The position numbers and the translations under genes were made by a program. 64,000 bases of DNA from positions 39,432,001 to 39,496,000 of the forward strand of contig NC_134470.1 in NCBI RefSeq assembly GCF_964194025.1, written 5' to 3'. Positions 36,800 to 49,219 of this stretch are shown one piece after another. The notes under the pieces are model-generated. The model had not been told where the DNA came from. It saw only the letters and a list, made by a program, of their open reading frames with translations, and did not search any database. The DNA is from Convolutriloba macropyga (Eukaryota). Within the stretch, counting starts at the first letter, position 1, and every line of letters starts with the position of its first letter.

Positions 36800-39700
36800 T
36801 TGGTATCAACAATGAAGCTACTAAAGTTAATGTTGTTAATATAAAATGATTAACTGGTTGGCTCTTTCTTTTCACTTTTCTTTTGAGAAATTTGTGTTTT
36901 CTTCCAATAATTCCCAAAATGGAAGAAGCTCTTGTTATTATCCGTCTTTGATGATATAGGCAATTATTTAATTTGCTGTTGCTACTACTGAAGTTGAAGA
37001 TTCCTATTGCAGTAGAAATTGAAGTCTCTAGCCAGTGAATGTCGATTGACTTCATACAATTATTCCTTTATTTGCTGTCCTCATTTTATAATAACTAATG
37101 GATTTTTCTGTTTTCTCAGAGCTTTACTGAAATAGAATAAGCTTTACTGAAAGAGCAAATATAAGCGAATTATTTGGAACAGAACATTTGACTGGTGGTG
37201 TTCCAAGAGGTATAGAATCAGAAGATAGTGAAGATGAGATTCATGGAGGATTTCATGTGCGTGACGCCAGTAGCGTTTTGAACTGCATGACCAGGAAGTT
37301 TGCATTTCGAAACAAGTTTTTTTTGATAGCTTCTACGTTTCTAAAAAAAATTGTGAAGGCACACTGCAGATAGTGCTTGAAGACAGGCATGCATCAATAA
37401 AGAGTCAAAAGGTACGGCGAGGTGATTAATTGCTCTTGAACGTAGTTCATAGCAATTATTGTAAACCTGTGTGTCTTTTTTATGCAAAATTTTCGCTTGA
37501 CAATTTTGACTTTTTGCATTTCGCGTGATCTAAAATTCTCTCTCAATCATAATTTCAAGCAGCTGAACTAAATTGGCGGCAATTTAATACTAAAAGTCAA
37601 ATGAAAAGTGCACCGAAACTGGTGTCATTTTTAATTTAAATCTTAATAGTGGTATATGTTAACCTCTAATTTGGTTATTTGAAGCCCACTATAGAACTTC
37701 TTAGTCCCATTTAGGCTCCCACCCCCCCCCCCCCAAAAAAAAAATTCATGCGAGATTTTTTTGCAGTACATTTGGCTAGTGCTTATAGACTGACCAGTCG
37801 TTCCAGCATTTTAAAATGGGGGAATAAATATGCGAGGATGCCTTTTTTCGTCAGTCAAATTTTCACGTTTTGTCTGTGCATCGTAGATGAAAATGAAAAA
37901 CACCCTTTTGTAGCCCTCGGGATCTATTTTTGATTTCTATAAAAATTATCAGAAATTTGAAAAAAAGAACTTTATAATTTCGAAAGAAAAAAACATCGCT
38001 CGGAGTGGAGGTGTGTGGTGACAGATGGCGTTGAAATTTAAGATAAAACAAACAAAAAATGTAGTAAATTTAGTCAGGTAAAATGGATTTGTCAGCATTA
38101 ATTCCTTACAGTTTCGAGCCTAAAAGTTAACAATTTAAAATATTTGACCAAAGATTTCAAAAAGAATTATTTTTTTCAAAATGTTTTTCTCCCATTTTCT
38201 GCTGGTGAAAAGTTATTGTACGAACAATTTTTTTTGTATCGAACAAATTTTTGGAAAATCGAAGACTTCAGTCAATTTTAAGCTCTCAAAATAGCAAAAT
38301 TTAACTTTGGAAATGTAAAATCAAAAGCGGAAAAATGTATTTTTTTTTCTAATTTTTTTTTATTTTAAGTTTTAATTTAGTTATTAAAGTTTTATTTAAT
38401 TTTATTTAAGTTTTATTACAAACAATTCCCATTTTTCAGAACTAACCATTTTAGTATTTTCAAAACCTTGAGGACGTAAAGAAAATCGGTTCCGTGAAAT
38501 GAACAGCAAATCAATCTTTTCTTTGCTTTTTTGCTTTTATTCTTTTTTGTCAGAGTATATTACTCGAATATTCTCCTCTAATATATAATGGAATACAGAT
38601 AAATTTGAGAGTGAGAGGGTTTATGCATTGCAAGGTTGAAAATTTTTTTAATATATCTTTTAAAAATATTTTACTTCAGTATTTTGAAGTTACTCTCCGA
38701 ACTGATGTTTTCCAGTCTTTGGATGTTTCTGTAAACTGAAAAAATAAAAATATTTCCTATATTTGAAAAACTCCTCGTTTGAAAAGAAAGATTTGAAAAA
38801 AAAATGAAATTCTTTTCCAGTTCTCATAAAATTTTTAAACTTTTAAAAACTTTCTTTGAAAAAAATGTTGCTTAAACGAGTGAGAGGGCCACAACGTCGA
38901 ATACACTGATAACTAGTGTTCCCCAGCGCTAATAAATGAGAGTCTTTAAGGACAATTTTTCCCGATCATTTACATGGTACTAGAAACTAGAGGTATAGTG
39001 CAAAAACTCCGAAATATTAAAAAGCTACTTTTACTTTTTTGATTAAAATGTGCGGTTTTATATATATTCAATACCAAAATTGTGTTAAATAAATCTAGCT
39101 GTTAAAACACCAGCGAGATCTTCAAAAAGAGTAGGCTGTTTATGCTCATAAGACATCAAAAGTGACGAAATGTTTCGAAAAATTCAATTCTGATTTTGTC
39201 TCAACTTTACGATTACCGATAGAATTAGCTAGTTCCTTTAAATGTTAAACAGAAATAGAGGCAGAGCGCAAAAACTGCCAGAAATCTTAAAATTAAGAAA
39301 AAATGAATTATGATATAAATTGCGGCTTTAAATTAGTGCAGAACCAAAACTGCGTGATGTGTGGCTTATGGCACATCTGCGAGATTTTGAAAAATTTCTC
39401 ATTACGCTCATGAAATATGAAAATTGAAAAAAATTCTAAAAACTTCAAAAAGTTACATTTCAAAGTTTAGTGTGCAAATTATTGTTGCCGTTACGAAAAA
39501 AATTCAAGTCTAGTTTTTTTAGAAGAGAAATGTAGACCTAAATGAACTGTGAAAATCCTTTAGTTTTCTCAAATTGTCAATAACAAATATATATTTTAAA
39601 CAGTACAAGTATTTTTCTCCAATACATATAAATTGCTTTTGGGCTATCTCAATTGTTTCTCTGACAGAATTTGATTGTTGTTTTCACAAACTTGAGAGGT

Positions 39701-40399
39701 ATGTTGGAACATTTTGTGCTACGCACTTACTCGCACGAGACGTCTTGTTGAGATTATGGAAATAGTTTTGATGTTAAGGGCGTGATAAGAAAGTGATATT
39801 TCTTTGGCGTGATTGCTGATACCACCAGTTTATGAAATTTTTGGCAGAAGTATAAAAGCTGGCAACCGAAAATTGATTCCCTGAGCAATGCATCAGATTG
39901 CTGTCCTGATGGCATGATCCTTTTTCTAACTTCACTTAACCACAAGCCGATTGAAAGTTTCTAATAAGAGTCGTATCAGATTTTTTGTCAGATATTACAG
40001 AAACATTACGCAAAACATCAACATACAGTGTGACTTTTGTATCTTTGAAAAATGTATGTCTTTACTGGAAGCAACTCAAGACAATGTAACGGTTTCAAAT
40101 GTTGAAATTATCTAATCTGATAACAGATTCTATTTTGAATAGAAATGATTGAGGGTCGAGGCTCCTATACACATTTTGAAGGCATTGAAAGATTTTGTTC
40201 TGCAAACAGATCAAGATAAATATCGTTCGTCCATGTGTCGAAGTCAAAAAGCCGAATCAATAAAGAATGAAACGAGATTTTAGAACTGGAAATCATTTTT
40301 GGTTGACTAACCTATTAATGAGACATGAATAATGTCTGAATTGAAAAGAAATTCTAATGACGCGATTCGATTCGTTTCATAAGTAAGAGAGTTGTTTGC

Positions 40400-41690
40400 A
40401 GGCTGCTCGGCTCTCCAGTCAGAAAATGCCGTAATAAGGTGACCATCAGTGACCCTCACTTTGAGATCTCGAGATCAGAGGAGTTTGGAACTCACAGGAC
40501 ACTTCATTGCTCAATTTGCGCGGCAGTGACACTGTGAAGTCCCCTCTTATTGAGATGGAGAGCTCGCGTAAGATAGCGAAAAATATCTGGAAGGTTGTCA
40601 GGAAAACATATAGCATTTAATCCGTAAGTACGAGACTTATTTGTAGGATCATGTAGCCGTGATTGGCCTTCCAATCAGAAAAATTCCGCAATAAGGTGAA
40701 ACTCGGAAAGCTAGCCAGAACTTAGAGATCAGGGGAGCAATGAGCTCACAAGATACTACATGCGCGATATTCCTGCCAACGAAACCGAAGCCCACTTTTT
40801 GCCACCGAAACAAGTGCTGGAGATCTGCGCGGAGGAAAATAGATTTGGAGGATTGCCGGCGGAAACATATCTCATTAATTCCAAAAGTCTGTATTCAAAA
40901 GTCGGCATGACGGCCATAGAAATTAGAAATTTTCTCGGAGGACTGGTCAATTGGTTGGCTTTAAAATCGGATGTGCTGCTGTGATCATTTGGATGATAAC
41001 GGGTTTTTTTGCAATCCTTCCCGCAATCGACCGTTTTTTTGAAAATGGATACAAACGGCAATTTCAGTCCATCTTTCTCTACCAGAGTATGAACTTGTAG
41101 TTCAATTTAATATCAGCGGATATTAGCAGATGCGTACTTAGTTGTCGTCCAACCAGAGGGGGTTTCTTCAAATAGAACGTTCATACTAACTGATCCAAAA
41201 AGGGAATATCTGATGAATGAGCAATTGGTGTAACAATCTTGCAGAATGATAGCGGAATTCCTTACTAATTGAATTGTTACGTCTAAAGCTTTTCCATTGC
41301 TTTGATTTTCAGAATAGGTGTTCATGCTTGTCTTGTTTATGCTATCCTTCGCTTTAGGGAGTTGATCTTTCCTCGAAAGAGACATGGGATTTTCCAGAAT
41401 GATCCGTTAGTGACAGTTTTCATATGCCAGTCCTTCCTACGCGTAGCTGATGAGTCAGGGAACCTCGATTGTTGTTTTTCACTGATCAAAGACAATCAAA
41501 AACTTGTCTCTAAGTTCTTTTTGTGGTCTATAATAATCTCCCCTAAGTGCATTGACGACATAAATTTTATTGGTCTTCTTTTTAACGAAGTTTTGACAAA
41601 AGTGATAAAATGTGATTGCACTTATACACCTAGAGGACCAATTGTTCAATTGATTTTCTATTGTGTAATGAAAATCAATCTATTGTGTAA
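40400..41690 (-). pseudogene. Decayed coding sequence of unknown identity (likely TE or viral relic)
   Basis: ORFs 41385-41113 and 41061-40756 are in the same frame, separated by two stops. A diverged ~255-bp internal repeat spans about 40410-40890. No family recognised. Confidence 0.3.
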
Positions 41691-42310
41691 TGAAATAAAG
41701 AAACTGGCGGCTGTGAGGCACTACAAACTGTTCTGTATCATTTTTATTTTTTATAAAATTGAAATTTTGTGACGCTTTCTATGTAACTTGAAACTGTTCT
41801 ACTAACGTTACAAAATGAGGCTCTCATTTCGAGCAAAAATGCTAATCTACAACATACGCGTAATCTCTGCACGCAGTGAGTAGCTGAAATGATTATGGAC
41901 TGCCAAGTTTTGATTTTTCTGATTTTTAATCGTTTGGGTTTATAATTTAGACAAAATCAGCAGAATTAATTCATTAGCAAATTTTTGGCTGTCCGTTCTG
42001 GTTCCCCATATCTAGCCTAGTTTATTTTGCTATTTAGTGGCTCTGCAGATCATTGTGTATAATCAAATCTCAGTCTGCTTCGTTTTCAGCATAATCCTGA
42101 ATATATCCAAATAATGAATTGCATTGGAACGAAGTTGGAAGCAATTATTGTAAACGTGTTTTTGCTTGACCGTTTTTGTGCTTTTCTAGAACATTCTAGA
42201 ATTTCAGAGGTGACTTTTTCACAATTTTCATTTTTGAGTGATCTAAGTTGCTTCCATCCTGAAAGAAAGCCGGTTGCTAATATAAAACTGGCTGAGAGAA
42301 AGGGATGCAA

Positions 42311-42381
42311 CGCCAGTGTAGCTTAGTGGTTAAGATGCTGGACTGACATCCTTTAGTTTCAGGGCTGGAACCCTTATGGTG
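42311..42381 (+). pseudogene. tRNA-like relic or tRNA-derived SINE head
   Basis: A-box-like TAGCTTAGTGG, GGA-CTGACAT-CC anticodon-like loop, degenerate B-box GGCTGGAACCC, and CGCCA...TGGTG ends. Confidence 0.4.
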
Positions 42382-42541
42382 TTTTTGCTCCCATAAAACA
42401 TTTCTAAGCTACTGCCCCTATAAATTATATTGCCTCGCCTCTCTTTCGAGAGCAATTCATCCGACGTTAGTTTTTTAATTTAACAATAGATAATTGGTTA
42501 TTGTTCAATATGATTGATATTTTTGTCCATTTCAGGTTAGC

Positions 42542-43163
42542 ATGTCAAAATACTATCTATCGTTCGCTCGTAACAAGAGTATATCACAAGTAGTAGAAAA
42601 AGGAATTGGAGGACGACATTCTGATGCCGGGTTTACTATAGCAGTATTTGGAGGAACCGGACAGATTGGCAGGAACCTCTTGACTCGAATGGGTCGCGAG
42701 GGTGTACAGGCGGTAGTGCCTCATAGACTAACTGATAAGAAAGTAATTCACTTCAAGCCCATGGCGGATCTTGGTCAGTTCAATTTCATTCAGTTCTATG
42801 ACATCAGAAATGACGAAGCAACTGAGCAGATTGTAAAGTATTCAGACGTTGTAGTGAACTGTATTGGACGAACTTATCCAACTCGGAATTTCGCACTAGA
42901 TGAAGTCCACGTTCACTGGCCAGATAAACTCTCAAAAATGTGCAAAAAGCATAATAAAGATAGACTTGTTCACATGTCGGCTTATGGAGCTAACTCGAAA
43001 GCTGACAGCAGTTTTCTCAGGTTAAAGGCTGCTGGCGAGAAAGTGATGAGACGGAATTTTCCAGAAAGTGTTATCTTGAGACCGGCGCGTGTGTTCGGAA
43101 GAGCTGATGACTATTTGACGTTGATGCGATTTTTACCCCACGTCGCTGGAAATATTCTTGTAG
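42542..43163 (+). CDS. NDUFA9: NDUFA9 coding exon 1
   Basis: ATG at 42542, 6 nt after an acceptor-like TTTCAG (an upstream exon is possible); donor G|GTACGT. Confidence 0.9.
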
Positions 43164-46100
43164 GTACGTACCACAAAAACTTTTCAATTATTTGAAAGAG
43201 TTGACACGTTTTGTATAGGTTTTAAATTGGCTATGTTGTCCAAGAATGAATGGTATTACACGAGAGCCCGGTGATGGTAGATTTTGGTCATAGTTTTGAA
43301 GTTTTATTCTAGCATATGTACCCAAATGCCTTATTTGTTAAAATTTTGTCAAAGACCCACAACAAATTGAATTAGGGAGTTTTTCGAGGGAGCTTTTTCA
43401 GGCAAGCGTTGGTCCGACAAAAAAGCAATTCTGAAGATGCCAATTCATGTTGGCGACGTTGGACAAGCACTTCTGAATGCCTGTCGGATGCCCAAAATCG
43501 AAGGCAAAACTTTCGAGTTGCTCGGGTCCGAGGCCTATTACCTGAATGATCTGCACCAGTTTGTCCATGGAACTATGAGCGGTGATTCCTCAGATGATAA
43601 TGGGGAGTATCAGACGCAGATTAGACATGTTCCCATTGGAATGCTCAAGGCATACGCAAAGATGCAAGAGTTGGCGTGGTTCATGGGTTAGTTGAAATGG
43701 GTTAGACTCATACGTCACCTCAGACTCATGCTTCTCATAACGTAAGCGTTCCCTCAGTAAATAGCATTGCATCCCCTCAATCAGCATTACCTATTCCAAT
43801 AATGCAGATTAGTTGTTAGGCTGCGATAGATGTACCTTTCTTTAACCCTTTCAGTACTGCAATTTATGTAGCTTCTCCATACCATACACCCATTATATCT
43901 CCAGTGTACGGGCGTAGTGCTCCTTTTTAATCGTGTTGAGTTGGCCCACAGCACCCCACACCTTCGGTCCCTTCTTTGGACTCCGCGGATTTGATCGAGC
44001 AGTTGGCAGACGCAATCACTAGTTAGAAGTACAAGCTATTGCTTGAGTTCAATTTGTCACAGTACAATTGTGACCACGTGCAGTGGCATGAACGGTATGG
44101 GCAATTTAAAAGCGCCATAGACTCACAGTCCTTGACAGATAACGTCAAGTTGACATACTTCAAAACTCTTGTTACTGCGAAGCAACGACCGACAGCGCAG
44201 AGTGTACTTGCCGTGGTGTAATATACAAAGAGCCACTTAAGACACTGGAACGTAAATTTGACCAACAAGAGGCATTTGTAAGTGCACACGCACACAAAGG
44301 CAGCTCTTTGCCTCCATTTAAGTTGCACAATAGTATAACATAATAGACTATTCTGCTACCCCATTTCAAGTCTTTTAGGAGGCTTTGTCACTTTCATTCT
44401 AAATCCTTAACTCGACTTTGCAACAATTGCCGTACAATATGAAAAAGGCTTGGCAGCTCCTGACTGTCCTAAAGCTTTCACTCCCTAAGTTCAATGACTG
44501 GTTGAAGCAAAAGGCCGAGACACGTCTTGACGAATAAAGGATGATCAAGGGCAAAAGCTGAGGATAACCACTTAGTAGTAGAGACCACAATTGCCTCAGA
44601 AAACGTTTGGTGCACACAAAGGGCACCCAGAGACCTGCGGCAAGCATTGTGTGCAGAGGTAATAACATTTAGGAGTGTCTCGCTACATTAGGGAAAAAAC
44701 TCACACTCAGCGAGCTAAAATTGTTGCCAAAGCAAAGCTGTTTATTTCATGTCTAACGGATAACACATGTTCAGGCAGTGCCTCGATTATAGAATATACC
44801 AGAAGGATGGTCACAACAGCTCACAGAACACACTTCTACATGTAGCTGAAAGGGTTGTTCCACATAAACCCTCAACAACTAGCAACAGCAATGCAGCCGG
44901 TATACGTAAAATTAAACCATCGACTGGGCAGTAATCAAGTAAGACAAATACTATGTCATCTTTTTAATAGCCTCCCGCAGCTTCTCAGCCGGCTATTATA
45001 AGGCTCCTATTTTTTTCACCTCTTTTAATAACATTTTTTTTGCTGTGCCTTAGTTCACAGCCTGTTCAACATTTGGTGTGAAAGCTTTTGACATCTCTAG
45101 GCTAGTTTCACTCTTCTCTCATTCTGCTAAAAGTGTTTTTAGACTGCAGTTGCTCAGCAATCTAAAATGAACTGAGTCAGTTTAAAAAAATCACAAGTAG
45201 AAACGGGATAAACCCATAAAGCCCAATTTTACATGCCGATTACTCGAACTTTGTTATTAGTTATCATTTCTAATGGTTATTGGTATTGATACTAGCCCTT
45301 GTGTTGTCTCACTACTAGACAGGGGTATGTTCAGCTCTAAATTGACATCAGAATTGTTTGCATGTGAATTTTGTTTGTACAAAAAATCCATTTTTATTGT
45401 TTTATCTCATTTTTCAATCCCAGTCTTGGTTATGGGAATCCGCGGCGGCTTTTCCCGTCAATCTGCCGGTTAGGTTTGTAATGTGAAAGGCCGCGTTCAG
45501 GTGACTGAATCGAAGTTGGTTAAGTCTGCTTGTACAGATACCAAGGCTTTTTTTTGTGCGATACCGCAAGTAATTCTTGGGTAGTGAGCAGTCTCGCGGG
45601 TAGCAAGGTGAAGCTCTAAGGCTAACAGGCAAGGGTATAAATAACGAGGAGGTAGTAGATCCAAGGGTTGTTGGACTAACTGTAACCGCTAAAAGAAGTA
45701 TGTGTTCGAGACGTTCAAAGTGAGTCCCTATGTGAGGGAAACCTTGATGTAGATACAGACATCTTTCACGTCAAAGCACTTACCATCGCCTAGACTATAA
45801 CATATTGTCATGAAACATTGAGATTGTACTTGAACATGATTTGTTTCACGCCATCCACCTGCGCATCGACATGTTTCAAAGCTAATATGGGGGCGGATTT
45901 TGAATTGGCTAGTCAGGACGTCGAATCGTACGAAATCGCACTTAAGCGAGTGTACGCACGATCGCTGCGAACGCGCGTGCTCATCAAACCATTGAAAAGG
46001 CCACAGTGTATAATAGAACAGGATATGTAGGAGTGCTGTTGTTTGGAGATAACACGCCACTTTCCAACAATTACTTCTCGTCACTTGCAATTGAACTCGT

Positions 46101-49100
46101 TGAAAAGAGACTCATCAAAGTTCAAAAGTTTAGCGAAATGTACACTAATACCACCAAAAAATGATTTAAATGAGGGCTATGTCACGATTCTCGATGCCCT
46201 CAAGTTCGAATGTCGCTCGGATCATGAGTGGTACCTACCGCACTACTCAGTTATCAATCCGAATAGGCCAGGAAAGGTCCGTAGGGTGCTCAATGAGGGC
46301 AGTTAGTTTCCACTGTGCATCTTTGAAGAAAGCTTCTTTTACTGGTCCAGATTAAATACAGAAATTCATTTATTTACTGATAAGATTGAGACAAGATCCA
46401 TATGTAGTCGCGGCCAATGTTGAGGATATGCTTTTCACGGTTAATCCTCCGTCATGCGATCAGCCATCTCAGCAACTTTTGAGCCGGGAGGACCCAACAT
46501 CGGATGAGTTGCATAAATATACGTGCCATATCAAGGCTAAAGACTCGCTCACGAACTACGCGCTGCAACGCACGGCACGCAGTAACGCTAACGGGTTCTC
46601 GAAATCACCCAAAAACGTCCCTGAACTTCTACATGGATGATTACTTAGACTCAGTGGAGTGCCTCAGAGAATGCCCTCATTATTTCGAAGGAATTGGTGC
46701 TACCTCTTCATCTAGGTGGGCTCATGACAAGCTAATTTGACTGGCTAATTTTACGAGTCTTCTCAATCAACTAATTTGAAAGTGATAACGATAAATTCAT
46801 CTAAGAAAGAACGGAAGAGTGCTCCCATGTGCTCTATTAAGTGGAATCACAACAAAGACACTCTTGCTGTGAGCTGTGGTTCCTGCAGAACCATAACAAA
46901 TAGCTTAACCGAACGCCTAGTCTTGCGTTGGAGATCTTCATCCCTACTGGTATTATAGCAACTTCCTCCGTAGGTGCACATTTGATACTCAGACATTTGG
47001 TGTGCCAGTGAACAGCACTGGGATGACGAGATGCTAAAAGACATAGTTGTTATTTTTTGTGCTTGTTGCGTTGAACTGCCACTGCTGGTCCCGATCGAAA
47101 TACCAAGTCGGTACATCTCAGGACCGTTCGAATATCTCGAATTACATATTTTTGTTGATAGTTCTAAGGTCATATTTCGTGCTTTCGCATTTCATAGGGC
47201 TTACGTAGCTTCTCCTTCCGGTTACATTAAACCAGATCTGGTGTTCGTCCTGGGCAAGGCCTGCGTCGCACCTATGAACATAATAACCGTTCCTAAGTTG
47301 GAACTGCAAGGCGCTCTCCTCGCTGGACGATTAATTTGGGATATCTGTCGAGCGTTGAACGCAAACAATGGATGAAATGTTAATGAGGACAGATAGTAGG
47401 TTCTTCGTATAGCGGTGGATAAACTCAACTAATATGTTTTGCAGTGGAGAAATTCAACTAATAAGCGCCCCATATCTTTTTCAATTCGTGTAAATGAAAT
47501 CCTAGCGTACACAAGCGTTCACCAATATAACCTCGTCGCCACTTGTAATAATCCGGCAAATGATGGCACGCGTAATGTGTTCGCTGAAGTTTTACATTCT
47601 AGTAGCTGGGTTTGGGGTCCTGATTTCTTGAACTAAGCAATTCTATTTCGTGGCAGATGGCAACTTTGTCTATAACTTCGAGTTCTGTGAGGTGACCAAG
47701 GAACAAGAACTCCACCCTCTCGTCAGCCGCTTCTGCTACCAAGTCAGTTAAGGAACGAAGTTTTTTATTAATCTCGTTTCATAAGTTCATTTCTTACCAA
47801 ATGTTGCTTTGTGTCACCGCCTAATGCTCCGTCTAATATCGTCTATCGAAATTTACCGCACCGTTGACGGCAGCATAATGTATGTTTTGCAGGGAGAGTC
47901 CTTTAACATTGAAAGAGAGCATCTCCTCAACTGTTCCGTCAAGCGAAGTAGACGCATCGCTTCAAGTCAGGTTTGAAGTTAAACGCCCAATTGTGCTAGA
48001 CGCACATCACATTTATTTAAAACTGTTTCTGCTGTAAACCCACTTGAAAACCATCATGGCATCGGTTACCTACGGGTAAAAGTACAGGAACGCTACGCAT
48101 TCCTTGAACAATGTCAATGTTTCTCACTTCGTTCCATCAAGTCAAATTGTGCAGAAAATTCGCTGAGACAACCGTTCAGCCGATCATGGCAGACCTACCA
48201 AATGAGACTCGCTTACCAATCTATTCCTTTGGAAACATGGCGGTTTATTACTTTCGCCCATTTTACGTTGCCATTCTACAGACTAACGAGAAGAGCCTTA
48301 TGAACCATGCAAGCTTTGTGAAAAAGATTTGCCAATCAGAACCGATTTTTATAAAATGCATCTAAATCTTCGGAAAGGCGTGCAAAACTCCGAAAACGTT
48401 CAAATAAAATAATTTTAACACCTACTATTAAATGTAATCGATTGCACTCTTTTTTATTTTAATTTTTCTAGGCTTTGAAAACGTAATCGGTGGCTGATCG
48501 TAGACTAAGACCTGTCCAAAAATAGCTAGATTTGCCTTTTTATCAGTTGCTTTTGGCTTGATAATACTTTGATGAACTGTGGACACGTTTGCTATGGTTA
48601 TTGAAATAAACCGCAGATATACTCTGTTTACAGCTATAATCAAATTTGCTTTGCTTACTTTAATTGGTTGAGTTGAAGGCAAAGATAATTTCTTCTAATT
48701 TTAATAATTGAAGCCAGTAACGAAAATATAATAGAAATTGGTAGAAAAACCGCTTTTTTCCTCTTAGTTTATGTAGGTCTTATTTATAATTGGAATTTCC
48801 TGGCATTTTTTTTCCTGGCATTTGCCAGTTATGTTTTTTGAGTTATGCACATTTAGTTCTAACCTTTACAAAAATTAGGAGGGATTTCTACCTTTGATTG
48901 CGTTTCTTTCTTTGAGTCGGTTATGTTGTGTTATTTTCTAGGCAAGCCGCCTCTTGATCGGGTGTTGATTGAGCTGAATCATCAAAGCGAATTTCCTACT
49001 GGGATGCCGGGGATGAAAGATTTAGGCATCGAGCACCATCACGGGAAGTTGAGCGAAATTGTCCTTGAGTGTCTGAGACCGTATAGACCACACAAGAACT

Positions 49101-49219
49101 ATTACGATACAATGGATGAGATCAAACTACCTGAAGCAGTCAATGTTGATGAGTACCTGAAACCCGTGGACAGAATACGCAGTCGGATAGTTGGAGATCT
49201 GGATAAAAGTCTGGTTTAA
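42542..49219 (+). CDS. NDUFA9: NADH dehydrogenase [ubiquinone] 1 alpha subcomplex subunit 9, join(42542..43163,43402..43686,48942..49219), about 394 aa
   Basis: Motifs G.GGRHS.AG..IAVFGGTGQIG (NADPH-binding GxxGxxG), KPMADLGQ, YSDVVVNCIGR..PTRNF..DEVHV, LRLKAAGEK, RPARVFGRAD, PIHVGDV, GKTFELLG, PGMKDLGI, LRPYR. GT-AG introns phase 1,1; total 1185 nt. Confidence 0.95.
43402..43686 (+). CDS. NDUFA9: NDUFA9 coding exon 2
   Basis: Acceptor TTTTTCAG|GC; encodes KRWSDKKAILKMPIHVGDV...AWFM; donor G|GTTAGT. Confidence 0.9.
43980..48295 (+). mobile_element. Decayed BEL/Pao LTR retrotransposon (gag-PR-RT-RH-partial IN) in NDUFA9 intron 2
   Basis: DUF1759-like QWHERYGQFKSAIDSQSLTDNVKLTY; protease LCDTAS; RT WYLPHYSVINPNRPGKVRRV, FTGPD, NFYMDDYLDS; Pao RNaseH/A17 ELHIFVDSS, KACVAP..ITVPKLELQGALL, NPANDGTR, WVWGPDFL; integrase start QPIMADLP, YFRPFYV. 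Many stops; no LTRs found. Confidence 0.92.
44964..45476 (+). mobile_element. HINE family B1 (diverged) inserted between gag and protease of the BEL relic
   Basis: TTAATAGCCTCCCGCAGCTTCTCAGCCGGCTATTA start; GCGGCTTTTCCCGTCAATCTGCCGGTTAGGTT end; body homologous to 27401-27937. Confidence 0.8.
48942..49219 (+). CDS. NDUFA9: NDUFA9 coding exon 3 (terminal)
   Basis: Acceptor TTTTCTAG|GC; encodes KPPLDRVLIELNHQSE..PGMKDLGI..LDKSLV, then stop. Confidence 0.9.

Noticed and set aside
41302-41772. 156-aa + strand ORF as a gene
   Set aside because: Non-ATG start, no recognisable motif, and it is antisense to a decayed minus-strand frame.
42311-42381. Functional tRNA-Val(GAC)
   Set aside because: It lacks the TTC in the T-loop and the stems pair poorly; retained only as a relic.
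43700-43980. LTR of the BEL element
   Set aside because: No matching direct repeat or TG...CA pair was found near 48.3 kb.
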